A stretch of DNA of 64,000 nt from the human T2T-CHM13v2.0 reference genome, Homo sapiens. A program made the position numbers and the translations under genes. The DNA is taken from the NCBI RefSeq assembly GCF_009914755.1, contig NC_060931.1; one strand, given 5' to 3'. Shown here in pieces: positions 1-15,894 of the stretch. The notes under the pieces are model-generated. The model saw only the letters and a program-made list of their open reading frames with translations. It ran no database searches and was not told the origin of the DNA. Positions within the stretch are counted from its first letter, which is position 1; each line of letters begins with the position of its first letter.

Positions 1-747
1 TGCAATATTCTTGATGCTATGTTCTTCTAAGACTTTGAAGGATTAACAGAGAAGATAAAATCAGAACTTGGACCTACAGTCCTATTCCTGACTTATGCTA
101 GGGTTGTTTTCATCATACCATCTAGAACATGGCCTTGTGTTGATAGCAACACCTTCTGGAATGGCAAAATACTCATTGGTAACACAAGGAAAGACATACT
201 AAAAATTTGCCTATACCCTTGCTAATTTCATATTACCAAATCACTCTGATTCTTCAGTGTTCTATCTTGGCTCAATCCAATATCTTGTAAGTAGCTGTTG
301 TTAATAGGTAATTTAACAGTTTATCAGTTTATAAGGTTTTGCTCTTTCCTGGTCTGGTCCAACTATTGCACCTTTACCCTTGCTACCTCAAAATCAAAGG
401 TTTAGAGGGACATACCAGAAACACAATGTAAAGTATTTGATTATGTCGTTGACGTTATGTCACACTGACAGTGATGGTAGCATTCATTCCCAGGGATGCT
501 ACATATCCAGCGCAAGGAACAACTGTCTTACCCCATAGGCCAAAGGCTTTACCTGTTGAGAAGCAGTAGCAGTGACCCAGTCCCAGTTCTAACAACATTC
601 TTTTTATAGAAAATATGGACATTGATCCTAAAGCTGTCTCTCACTAGTTCTGCCATTTTGTTGAAGTCGCTTAGCTTTCTGGGCCTCAGTTCCCTCATCA
701 AAAAATTGGGATAAAGAATATTGTTTAATTTCTTCTATTTTAAATTA

Positions 748-896
748 CAGTAGGCCCTTCATATCTACAGGGGATTGGCTCCAGGACCCTAGAGAACATC
801 AAAGTCTGAGGATGCTTAAGTCCCTTAGTAGGCCCTGCATGTCCCAAGGTTCCCCATACACTGTTGGATGAATCCTTGGATACCAAGGGTTGACTG
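748..896. mobile_element. Tigger-family MITE (MER2-like)
   Basis: TA|CAGTAGGCCCTTCATATC ... GATACCAAGGGTTGACTG|TA imperfect terminal inverted repeats with TA TSD. Confidence 0.65.
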
Positions 897-2990
897 TATT
901 TCATATTTTTTATTATACTTATATATTTTAACTCATATCCTATAAACCTACATTTATAGCAATCCCTTGATATTCTGTAATTTTTAAGGCATTAGCTAGA
1001 TCCTGCAATTAGTTCCTTAACCCCCTAAATATTAAGGAAACAATTTTAAAACTCCCTTTCCTAAATCCATTGAAGACCCAACAGAATACAATAGTGAAAG
1101 AATATCAGGAGTTTGATAAGATAGTACAGTTTCTTCTAAAGTTCTCAGAAAATTAACATGGTGGTAGGCATAACAGATACACTGAAGTAGGTGATTTTTA
1201 GCTTTGAATCAAAGAAGCACTGACTGACCCAGAAAAATGAAAAATAAAATATCAAGAGGAAAATCAGTAAGAGATATTCCTCATTCTGAGTTAATAGGAG
1301 TGAACCAGGCAGAGACGAACTAAGACAAATAGGCAAAAGAGAAAGCACCAAGATGTTACAGCTACCTGAAAATGAGGACTTTATAAACTAAGGACTGTAC
1401 ACCAGTTGCCAGGCTCAACACTTTGTATCAACAATCCACTTTTTGATTTTAACAAAGTTTTGGTATTTTAAATTTCTTCACTTTACTAGATCCCCAGTTT
1501 CACCTTCATTGCAAACTCAGACCAGGTCGGGAGGGGGTGTATTTGAAAATGAAGATAACCGCCTTTCAATTGTGAAAGAGCAGTGTAAAGGCTGTTTAAT
1601 TTGGAGATAATGGCTTATATGAATTGTGTGTAATGTTGCATTAACTTGTTGTAATTGTCATGGTTATTAAAACTATAGCCAAACACTCACCATGTGCTCT
1701 ACAGGGCACATTAACTATATAAAAGACATCATCTGTGCCCTCTAGGAACTTAGCCTAAAAGTTCAAAGCAGTGAGTTTGATACTCGTTGATACATGAAGA
1801 AAGTGGATTATACTGTATCAACCTAGAATGATGTAGTTCAAGAATTAGAAGATTCAGCTAAATCTTACTTTAAAAACTAAACCTCAACAAATGTAATTTA
1901 GTTTTTAAGGTTAAAATAAAGTGAAGAAGGAAATATAAGAGAAATTCATCAAGAGGCATTAACTCAAATTTTTCCTCTATCCTTGACCCTCATTTTACTG
2001 CCTATAGGTATAAAAAGGCTGGCTTCCCCTATTTTCTTATCTTGGATAGATGTGATCAGGCTGGCACTTCTGATTTTGGCAAGCCAGCAGCATTAAAGAA
2101 GGGGGAGAGGAGTCACACCTGACCAGATCTTCAACTTGTTTTTGAGTCTGCTTGTCCCTGCCTCTCTCGCTGTTTCTTCTGCTCCTGAAAATATGATTAA
2201 TATCTATGCATTTGTAAAACTCTGCATTGTAAGCAAGGCTGTGGCTTTTCCATCCCAACGAGGTTGAGGTATGGAGTTAATGAGAAGTGAGACTGTGGGG
2301 AATGAACAGGAACATGCCAATGTTAAAGTAATTGAGCATGAATATCAAACACTGACTTGGGAACAGTCTTCATTTGCTGAGGGAAAGTCTGATCAGCTGG
2401 TGGGCAGATGGGATGTGCAGAGACCTGCGTTCACTGCCAGCCCCAGAATTTCCATATCATACAGGCTATACCTTATAAGCACAACACCTTTGTGTTTCCA
2501 CCTAGAATCATGTTTCTTTTTCTTCTTTCTTTTCATTTTCCTACCTTTTTCTCTTCCCTCCTTCCTGAGAAAGGTTCCTTCTCTTCTTATGAATTTATCT
2601 CATCTCCCCTCAAGCCTCATGAAGAATTTAAAGTTTTGTGATTTCAATACCTTATGTTTCTTTTTAAAACAATGTGTACTTTGATAATGCCAGTTTAGAA
2701 TTAAACACAGATGATGGTGTTGTGGTTAGAAGAATTACCAATGCTATAATTTTTATTTGAAAAAGTTTTCATTGTCTTCCAAAACCACTGAGACCTTGAA
2801 TTATTGGTTACTTTAATACACTCTCACGTGACTTATATCATTCCCAATTAGATTATTTATATGTTCTTAAGTGGCAAGGATCTTTGAAAGATGTGCCCAA
2901 TATTGAGAAAATTAACACCTTTTCAAAAGATGTAGGTTATTATCAATCTCAAGTTGTAGGAAATAGTTTTATTCAAAACAGTAATAATAA

Positions 2991-3244
<254 letters not shown>

Positions 3245-3642
3245 AGTAATAATAATTTCAAGAAAACTAAATGTTAAAGAAAATTTTCTAACGTTAGTCC
3301 TAAATTCTTATGAATACACAATTATGCATTTTTACAAAAATTCATTTACAAAGATGATTTTAGCAGAGTTTACAAAGCAAAAAAATGCACACCCGAAATG
3401 TACATTAATTGGGAATTGGTTAAGTGAAATAAGGTACATTCATTAAATGAAGTTAAAATGATCCACGAGAAATATATAATAATTAATGAGGATATAGGCA
3501 ACAATTATGTATTATTAAATGAGCATATATAAATTATAAGCTCTTTTGAAATATATATGTTTAAAGGATTAATTTTTACATAATGGTGATAAAATTTCCC
3601 CAAGATTGTGTTCCAACTTGTCATTTTGTAAGTTTCCATTTT

Positions 3643-5393
<1,751 letters not shown>

Positions 5394-5444
5394 TGTAAGT
5401 TTCCATTTTGAATGTATGTTACAATTGCTAAAATAAAAAAACTA

Positions 5445-5660
<216 letters not shown>

Positions 5661-5702
5661 TCAACTAGTTATTTCTATTTATTTTTGAAACTTTAAAACT
5701 GT

Positions 5703-5990
5703 GGCCAAGTGCAGTGGCTTACAACTATAATCCCAACACTGAGAGGTTGAAGCAGGAGGACTGCTGGAGGCCAGGAGTTCAAGACCAGCCTGGGCAACAT
5801 GGCAAGACCCTATCTCTACAAAACAATTAAAAAATTAGCCGGGCATGATAGTGCACACCTGTAGTCTCAGCTACTTGGGAGGCTACACTGGGAGGATCAC
5901 TTGAGCCCAGGAGTTCGAGGATATAGTAATCCATGACAGCATAACTCCAGCCTGGGTGACAGAGCAAGACTCCATCTCTAATTTAAAAAA
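5703..5990 (+). mobile_element. AluJ
   Basis: GGCCAAGTGCAGTGG...GATCACTTGAGCCCAGGAG. TSD TAAAACTGT on both sides. Confidence 0.9.
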
Positions 5991-7002
5991 TAAAACTGTG
6001 ATTATAAGGACCAAAGAGAAAAGTAATGTACTCAGAACAAAACCAAAAACACAGAAACTATTTTTAGAGAGAATAGGATGTTATACCACATGCTCTTGGT
6101 TTCAATGACTGAGGCAAACAACAGGTATCCAACCAATTCATCAACTCAGTCACAATGTCAGAGAATACTTCTTTTTAAACAAATCGATAAAAATTAAAGA
6201 TTATTGGTTTAAAAAATCCTAATAGAAATACTCATCATCTTTGCATATTACCTTGTATATATATATAAGGTTTTACATTATTGTATCCTCACACAAATTC
6301 ATAAATTTCAACAGATATGAATAGAACAAATGATCATGAGGATTCTTTGAAATCTGTCCCAAGCAAGAGTCAGTTCAAAGACATTTTCCAAATATTCTAT
6401 TGACATATTTCTAGACACAGGAATCTTTTAGATAAGTCTGAAATACTACAAGAGTCAAGGTTATTAAATAGAGAGAGAGATTCACAAATGTGGTTGCTTC
6501 TAATAATATTACTACTGCCTTTACTTTTTTCCCTGCTATATTAAGTCAGTTTAGAAAGCATACCTTACTCCATCTATTATGCATAAACCATCATTTGCTA
6601 TTTTTACATAAAACATTTACATGATCTGGTAGAGTTTCTTCCCACTTAAAACACCTAATTGTAGAGAAATAAAACATCCCTGGATTTCTCAGTACTATGC
6701 AGAAATCCTTAGCCTGCTGAGCCTCAGAAATGTATATGATACAAAGAAGGGAATGGTTGCTTTCACTTCCTGTAATAAAAATATTCCACCCTTCACATGC
6801 CATGAGAATTAAAACTGCAAACATTTATCTAGTTAACTGCTTTGATTCAAAATACTAAAACTTCTTAGGTCTTCTCAAGAGGGCCAAATTGTTATCTGAT
6901 GAACTAGGTCCCTAGCTAAAGAAGACTGGGGTGTTATATTTCTGGGTATTACATGTCAAAAAAGGTGAAGCCCCAGAACTTGGAGAAAACTCTATGTCAT
7001 AA

Positions 7003-8757
7003 CAAGAGGTGACAGCATGCTGGCAGCCCTCGCTCGCTCTCGGCACCTCCTCGGCCTTGGCGCCCACTCTGGCTGCACTTGAGGAGCCCTTCAGCCTGCC
7101 GCTGCACTGTGGGAGCCCCTCTCTGGGCTGGCCGAGGCCAGAGCTGGCTCCCTCAGCTTGCGGGGAGGTGTGGAGGGAGAGGCACAGGCGGGAACTGGGG
7201 CTGCACGTGGTGCTTGCGGGCCAGCGCGAGTTCCGGGTGGGTGTGGGCTCAGCGGGCCCCGCATTTGGAGTGGCCGGCTGGTGCCACTGGCCTCAGGTAG
7301 TGAGGGGCTTAGCAACCAGGCCAGCAGCTGCGGAGGGTGCGCCAGGTCCCCCAGCAGTGCCGGCCCGCCAACGCTGCTCTTGAATTATCGCCAGGCCTCA
7401 GCTGCCTCCCCACAGGGCAGGGCTCAGGACCTGCAGCCCGGCATGCCTGAGCCCCCCCACCGCCACCCGCCATGGGCACCTGCGTGGCCCGAGCCTCCCC
7501 AACGAGCGCCGCCCCTGTTCCGCAGTGCTCAGTCCCATCGACTGCCCAAGGGCTGAGGAGTGTGGGCGCATGGCACAGGACTGGCAGGCAGCTCCACTTG
7601 CAGCCCCGGTGCGGGATCCACTAGGTGAAGCCAGCTGGGCTCCTGAGTCTAGTGGGGACTTGGCGCACCTTTATGTCTGGCTGGGGGATTGTGAATACAC
7701 CAGTCAGCACTCTGTGTCTAGCTCAAGGTTTGTAAATGCACCAATCAGCACTCTGTATCTAGCTAATCTGGTGGGAACCTGGAGAATCTTTATGTCTAGC
7801 TAAGGGATTGTAAATACACCAATCAGCACTCTGTGTCTAGCTCAAGGTTTGTAAATGCACTAATCAGCACTCTGTATCTAGCTAATCTGGTGGGGACTTG
7901 GAGAACCTTTATGTCTAGCTAAGGGATTGTAAATACACCAATCAGCACTCTGTGTCTAGCTCAAGGTTTGTAAACACACCAATCAGCACTCTGTGTCTAG
8001 CTCAAGGTTTGTAAACATGCCAATCAGCACCCTGTGTCTAGCTCAAGGTTTGTAAATGCACCAGTCAGTGCTCTGTATCTAGCTAATCTAGTGGGGACGT
8101 GGAGAATCTTTATGTCTAGCTAAGGGATTGTAAATACACCAATCAGCACTCTGTGTCTAGCTCAAGGTTTGTAAACGCACCAATCAGCACCCTGTCAAAA
8201 CAGACCAATCAGTTCTCTGTAAAACAGACCAATCAGCTCTCTGTAAAATGGACCAATCAGCAGGATGTGGGTGGGGCCAGATAAGGGAATAAAAGCAGGC
8301 TGCCTGAGTTAGCAGTGGCAACCTGCTAGGGTCCCCTTTCACACTGTGGAAGCTTTGTTCTTTCACTCTTTGCAATAAATCTTGCTGCTGCTCACTCTTT
8401 GTGTCTGCACTGCCTTTATGAGCTGTAACACTCACCGCGAAGATCTACAGCTTCACTTCGGAAGCCAGCAAGACCACGAACCCACCGGGAGGAATGAGCA
8501 ACTCCCGACGGGAGGAACGAACAACTCCAGACGCACCGCCTTAAGAGCTGTAACACTCACCACGAAGGTCTGCAGCCTCACTCCTGAAGCCAGCGAGACC
8601 ACGAACCCATCAGAAGGAAGAAACTCCAAACACATCCAAACATCAGAAGGAACAAACTCCAGATGTGCCACCTTTAAGAACTGTAACACTCACCGCGAGG
8701 GTCCGCAGCTTCATTATTGAAGTCAGTGAGACCAAGAACCCACCAATTCCAGACACA
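7003..8757 (+). mobile_element. Solo ERV9 LTR (LTR12 family, LTR12D/E-like)
   Basis: Starts AGAGGTGACAGCATGCTGGCAGCCCTCGCTCG. GC-rich U3, tandem CCAATCAGCACTCTG repeats, GATAAGGGAATAAAA box. Ends CCAATTCCAGACACA. 4-bp TSD ATAA (6999-7002, 8758-8761). Confidence 0.95.
7670..8300 (+). promoter_or_regulatory. LTR12 enhancer/promoter: tandem NF-Y (CCAAT) array with GATA and AATAAA TATA-like box
   Basis: 10 intact CCAAT boxes (about 7741, 7819, 7938, 7979, 8020, 8139, 8180, 8205, 8229, 8253) plus 3 degenerate ones. GATAAG at about 8280 and AATAAAA at about 8288. Confidence 0.75.
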
Positions 8758-11149
8758 ATAATATATAAAACACGGGGGGTTATCTGGCTCCTGGAGACAT
8801 TCTATTAATATACCAAAGGGTTTCAGGATTCACGTCCAGAAAATTTCTATGGAGACCCTTTCACGAGGGGAGAAACACAGCTGTATTTTCTACTTAATAA
8901 TAAGAAAAATAAAAAACAAAAACATGTTGCCTTATCCTTCACCTATGGGTGTGCAACTACCAGCAGAAGACAATGGACCTGGCTCTCACTGCTTGGGCAA
9001 AGGGGTAACAAACTAGGGCAAAGGGGACTAATGTTATGACACATCTCTCTCAGAAAATCTGATGTGTGAGTTCAGAATAAAATTAATAGAGACAAAATTT
9101 GGAGAAAAAAATGCAAACCCTGTCCTTTAGCACATTTATTTTTGTAAGGTTCTTGACTCAATTGGAAATACTATTTCTGAGGTCAAACCTAATCTAACTG
9201 ATCTGTGTTGGGCCACCTCTTCTTTGAGTTACCACAAAGATCTGTACCATATAAATTCCTTAGCTCGGATGAGCTAGGCCCAACAATTTTTTTATTAGTC
9301 AATTCATTCCACAAATATTCCCTGAACACCAACTATATGCAAAAGACTACAGCTAATCTCAGAAAAAAAGTAGAACTGGAAAGTAAATGTAAGTACTTAG
9401 GTGTTCAAATCACATCTGGTTTCAACATCTTCCCATAAGCTTTCTTCCTGGAAACTTCCCTGCACACTGTATCTATTACTTTCAATTTCATTTTATACCT
9501 ATTTAGGTAAATAATTTATACCTTACCCTGTTAGGACCAAAAATAGACTATTAAGTTTTTTTCTCTTTATTTTTTCTTGTTGTATAAATTCATTCATTTT
9601 CAAAGTTTCTTTACAATGTTTCCACCCATCTCCATATAACTGCATGCAAATTAATACTCAGATGAATCACAGAATATTAGGGCTGGAAGGAATAAAAGAA
9701 ATTACCCTTCTAATATCCTCATTATCCTTTCTGAAGAACTGAGATCCAAGACGTCAAGGGCATTTTGTCTGTAAAGCCAATATCCAATCTATTTCACCAA
9801 ATAAAGCAACCATTTAAAATTAGGACTCTGGGTCTCTGCTGGTTCAAGCAACATCCTGGGAAGACCGACTTTATGTTGCTCTCCAAATTTTAGTCTGTCA
9901 GATCTCTAGAACCAATTTGGCAGTTTCCAAATAGCATATTGATTTTGTCAATAAATAAAAATGAAAAATAAAAGCTGATACACACAGGCAACTGAGCATC
10001 TATCCCCTTAGGGACAATTCATCCTAAAGACAATTAGATCTCGCTATATCTTACACTGTGAATAATGAAAGAAAGCATTCATGCAAATTCACTTACATTT
10101 TAGTGGAAAATATTAACAGGAAAACAAACTTATATAGGTAGTAGATACCTAACTTCTGTTAACTTTTAATATAATTTTCTCCAATGTAACATGTATGCTT
10201 TCAAATTGAATCAGGATGCTTACTTCTAAGAAGGCCCATGCCAAAAATACACCTGGTATTCATGCTGAGATGACTAAAATAATTATAACTTTTGGTCATA
10301 TAATGCACTCGTTTTTGAAACTTGCTGAAATGTACTTTTTGACGCTGCAATTAAAAGCCCATCTCACTTTTCCTGAGGTGCCTGTTGCCATGGTGCCTGG
10401 GCATTCTGAAGAGGAACTTACTGAGGATGACACTTCACAGATGTAGAAGAGCTATGTTATGATATAAATGACAGTTTACACAAGCAGATTATTTTCAGAA
10501 CTCTCTGGGGACTGATTACACGTAGCAACTGACTGTGGGTATGTGGATTTGTGTAGCCACTGACCATGTTTCTACCTACTGTCGACTTAGACACACCGAT
10601 CTATCTTTTCTTTGCTATCCTCAATCTATGGGCACTGACTTGTTAGTACTGAAAGGTGTCCCAAACTCTCCACAAATGGCCCAGACTCCTTAAACGTTTT
10701 CATTTTAACTCTTTCCATACTGGTCACTCATTCATGATAAAGTAAGAGTCCAAAAAGTACTGAGATCAATTAGTGAACTTAAGATCCATCACATGTAATA
10801 ATCAAGAGGGAGGCTGATAAATTTAGGAAATATTCTAAATACAATGGAGTAGATAGAATATAACTACTGCCTTTACAGGGCCTTTCCTGATACCACTAAA
10901 GGAAACTGTCCCTCCATAAAGCCGGGTTTTTTTTTGTTTTGTTTTTGTTTTGCCCCCAGGAAAGACACACTTATTCCCTTAAAACTTGAATGGCACTAAA
11001 ATCTCTTACTTTCCATTTCATTTTAAGCAAGTTGTTTGTCTTTTAGCTACTAATAGATGGTAAGGCCTCTGAAGCAGGATGTGTCTCTGATTGATCTTGG
11101 TACGCCCCAAAGGATAAAGGGCACTGACGCTGAAAATGATATAATAAGA

Positions 11150-11385
11150 TGACGAGGTAGAGAAGGAGAACGAAGGGAAGAGGGAGAAAATGGGGGGCGG
11201 GGGGCGAAAGAGAGAGAAGAGGAAGTAGGAGGAACAAGGAGAAAAGGAAAGAAGGGTGAAGAGGGGGAAAAGAGTGAAGTGGGGGAAGAGGAGATAGGAG
11301 AAGGTGGAAAATGGTACAAAGAGAAAAGCCAGGAGAGGAAAGAAAGGGCAAGAGGGGAGCAGAAAAGAAGAATGAGGAAAGAAAC
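11150..11385 (+). repeat. GA-rich low-complexity polypurine tract
   Basis: About 230 bp almost entirely G/A. It explains the spurious F/L/S/P-rich ORFs at 11018-11469. Confidence 0.85.
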
Positions 11386-11419
11386 ATTTATTAGGCACTT
11401 ACGATTACAACTGCCCCTC

Positions 11420-11700
11420 CCCCCACTTGCTAGCTTGTGCAGATTATTTAAGCTTTTTCTGAACCTCATGTCTCCATGTATAAAATGAGGATAATTTAGA
11501 GTGCTTGTGAGGATTAGGAGTTAATATATATAAAGCACTTGGAAAATGCCTGGCACACAGTAAGCACAGTTTAAGCTATTCAGTTCAAATAAAAATTATT
11601 GCAAGTGAAGTTAAGTAGTTTGCCCTAGATAATAAGGCTAATAAGAGTTAGAGCCAGAACTCAAACCCAGGCAGTTCACTCTCTGTTCTTTAATGGCTAA
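11420..11700. mobile_element. MIR fragments
   Basis: TTATTTAAGCTTTTTCTGAACCTCATG...TAAAATGAGGATAAT...GCCTGGCACACAGTAAGC (+), then GTTAAGTAGTTTGCCC...AGAACTCAAACCCAGGCAG (-). Confidence 0.7.
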
Positions 11701-14281
11701 GTATACAGCCTCCCACATATATGCATTTACGAAACAGAACAACGATGTTTTTGGTAGAGAACGTTCTCTGCATAAATGTACTCTTTCCTGCTGATTTTAT
11801 TAATCACCACTAATTTGGTCAACCTATATAGTTTATAAAGGTTTCCCTGAGGCACAAGAGAAAAAGGATTTGTGCTAGTTGTACCAGAAGGAAGGACAGG
11901 ATCTTGAGGACAGACTATGTTAGGAGAAGAAAATTTGGGAATATTGTTGAAGAGCATGAATACAGACATAGAAAGAAAGTAGTATTCAGTCTGATAAAAG
12001 AAGGAATGAATCATTTAAAGATTTGTGCTAACATTCTCTGTAAAATCATATAAATTTGGTGGGGGGGAACAAGAGTGACACAAAATATAATCCACAAAAA
12101 CGTTACCACATTTTGACTATGTTTATAAACACAATCAGTTCAACTGCTTGCAATAAATAAGTCTCTAAATATAATAATAGTGCCAAAAGATATTTAAATA
12201 TTTGTGTAAATTTGGGTAAGAGACAGAAAACACAACAATAAATAAGTTGACAGATTATGTAAAAATGTAACAATATGTTAATAAAAAGGTCAAATTATAA
12301 CTTTTACATATGCAAAATATATAACCCATAAGAATTTCTGTCCCCAACACACGAAGAGCACCCCAAAGTGGTAAAGGAAAAAGATACAAATAGAAAAAGT
12401 GCCAAAGCCTATTCACACAAGCAGTAAGTATATGAAAACATGGTAAATCTAAAATAATTATCAAGGGAATAAATTTTGAAGCAAAAATTGAGTACTTTCT
12501 TTTACACAAAAACTTAAAAATTAAGAAAAGTGAAGTGGGTATTGACAAGGCTGAGTGAAAATAGGCGCAAACACAAGACTAGTGAAGTCGTGACTAGGAT
12601 ACTGCCTGCAAACAGGCAATCCCACTTTAGGAATCCATCCTGGCTTTTTTGTTTGTTTTTGTTTTTGTTTTAACAGTACCTAGGATATCTGCACAATAAA
12701 GCAAGGGAAATAACAAGGAGAGAAAAAAATGGAATGTTCAACAATATAGGGAAGGTGGAATAAAACATAATGTAACCTGTTAGGGAAAGTAGGCAGCTTT
12801 TAGATGAGCTAACCACTGTCTACTGTTCTAGAGGGAATGCCCATCACATGTTACTAAGTAAAAAAAGCCTAAATATATTTGTGCATTTTTGTATAGACAC
12901 AAAGGAAGTTATGGAAGTGAATGATTCAAGCTATTCACACTGATTATCTCAGGGGATGGGATTAATTTTTCTTTGAAAAATTTTATAAAGCATACCTTAA
13001 TTTAATAAGCTAAAAGAAAATTAATAATGCCACTTGTGAAAGGAAATAAAAATGTGAAGGAAAATGAAAAATTAACTGAAAACGCTTAGACTCTGATTAC
13101 AAGAATATTAAATAGTACTTAGCAGCCACTGAGGTTGTTATAAATGACTTTAGTTAAGTTACCCAAAGAAGACAGTGTTTTATCTCTTAGAATAATTGAT
13201 CGCATCGTCTCAAACTGTCTAGCCCAGGATTCATCACAAGGCAGAAAATAACATTGTTTCCCAAAATAATTATTTAAAGATGTCTTTATATGCTAATGAC
13301 ATCCAGAGGGAAAAAACAGTAACAAAAACATTAACAAATGAAATATAATCTCCATATCACCTAGTTAAAATAATGATTGGGGAACAGAATGAGGATAGAT
13401 CAATGACAAGAAAAAATATATAATTTTGCAGAAGGCCTCTTCATTGAGACAAAGAAGGAAACACAGAAAAAGCTGCCAAAAAGAAGAAGACTTGAGGGCT
13501 CTTACCCTAGAGAAAACCTTCCAGGACACATTTTTTTGAATATTTGTTCTATGCCAGTCTCTGTATTTTATTCATACATTTTATGTTTATTAATCAATAT
13601 AATTTTAGCTAATTTCCATAACACTCCCATGAGGCTGATGTTTATCATCTGAATTTTATGGTAGAAAGCCAGGACTGAGTGATATGAAGCCACCTGCATT
13701 GGTGTCACACAGATTCAAAAGGTCTTCTCTCCTTCTCCTCCTGCTTTCTTCATTGAACAACATATGCCCTTGACCGGCACAGAGAAATAATCCTGCTCCA
13801 CCTCCTTCACAGGATGCAGTTTTACTTTTTCGAAAATCCTGGCCCTTGTCTGTAATCTGCTTTGCTTGCATGCCCAACAGAGGTGCACAGTCATCAAGCC
13901 GCAGCAAGAGGGCAATGCAAAGTTGCTCCACAGCACAAGTGACAGGTCCCCAAGCACACTCTCTCGTGAAGCTAGGTTCGTGGTTTGTTTTTATGAATGG
14001 AGAAGTGGGGAAGGGAGGCACCATCACAAAATCACATGAGGCTTCTAGACAGCATATTTCATTCTAGTTAGTAAACAAACAAATTTAATATTCAATTCCA
14101 TAACTGAGCAATCAGCATAAGCAATGTAAATTTTATGGGTTAGTAGGAAATTAAAACATACAGACTGCTACTTCCACCCCTGCAATGGGAATTAACCTCT
14201 CACTGCAGCCACTTAGAAAAGCCACACAAAAGAAGTAGAAATTCAGACAGCGGAAAAATGACAGCTCTGGGCAGTGATTAC

Positions 14282-15090
14282 TGTATGATTCTATAATGGT
14301 GGATACATGTCACACATTTGTCCAAATCTATGCAATGTAAAACACCAATTGTGAACCCTAACATAAACTACAGACTTTGGGTGACAATAATGTGTCAATG
14401 TTGGTTCCTCAATTGTAAAAAAAAATTCTATCACTCTGGTGAGGGATGTTGATAACGGGGAAACTAGCAATGTGTGGGGATATGTGCTATCTTGGCTGTC
14501 TTTGTATCCTTTCCTCAATTTTCCTGTGAGCCTAAAAACTGCTCTTAAAAAATAGTCTTAACAGAATGGGCAATGGATCTGAATAGAGGAGAAAACAATC
14601 TGGCAATAAATGATTAAACATGGAGTTACAATAAAAACATATGGCAATTTTATTCCTAGGTGTATACTAGATATAGAGAGAAATGAAAACATGTGCATAC
14701 AAAATCTTATACACTACAACTTGGAGGAACCTTGAAAACATTATGCCAAGTGAAAGAAGCCAGGCACAAAAGTCCACATAACATATGATTCCTTCCATTT
14801 GCAAATACCAAAGAGGAAAACCTAAAGGGACAAAAAGTAGATTAGTGGTTGTCAGGGCTGGGGGAAAGAAAGAGGATGATAGTCGAAGGGTACAGGTTTC
14901 TTTTTGAGGTGGTAAAAACGTTCAGAATTGGCAGCAATGAAAGAGAGTTCCTGTTGCTCCGCATGCTTGCCACTACCGAAAATGGAGATGGTTGCAGCTA
15001 TCTATGAACACTAAAACCTCTGGACTGTAGACTTTAAATGGGTAAATTATTTAGAACATGGTTATAACTGAATAAAGCTGTTAAAAAGTA
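14282..15090 (+). mobile_element. Old L1M (L1MC/L1MB-type) 3' end fragments
   Basis: GTGAACCCTAACATAAACTACAGACTTTGGG and GAACCTTGAAAACATTATGCCAAGTGAAAGAAGCCAG motifs. Confidence 0.7.
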
Positions 15091-15220
15091 GTAAGAAAAA
15101 CGTTATCAGACAGCTTCATCTAACTGGTATTTCTAGAATATTCCAGCCACCACCAACAGATATATACATTCTCTTTAACTTGCACATGAAACATTCTTCA
15201 AACTAGACACTATTCTAGGC

Positions 15221-15700
<480 letters not shown>

Positions 15701-15894
15701 TTTTAGGCCATAAAACAAGATTCAATCGATTTAAGAGGGTTGAAATCATAACAAGTATATTCTCTAACACATACCTTTCTCTCTTTTCTCCCTTCTTCAA
15801 AGTAATCAACTGTAATTAGTACTCTCTAGAATGGACTATGACTGCTATCAGAATTAGTTGAGGCTTTAAAACCTCCATTTATATAAAGCAGGCC

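Noticed and set aside
7670-8260. Regularly spaced repeats resembling a CRISPR array
   Set aside because: The units are tandem with no unique spacers and are the normal LTR12 U3 enhancer repeats in human DNA.
7009-8720. Multiple 70-130 aa ORFs
   Set aside because: Chance ORFs in a GC-rich LTR with no gag/pol/env similarity.
11018-11488. Hydrophobic membrane-protein-like ORFs
   Set aside because: Translation of the GA/TC low-complexity tract.
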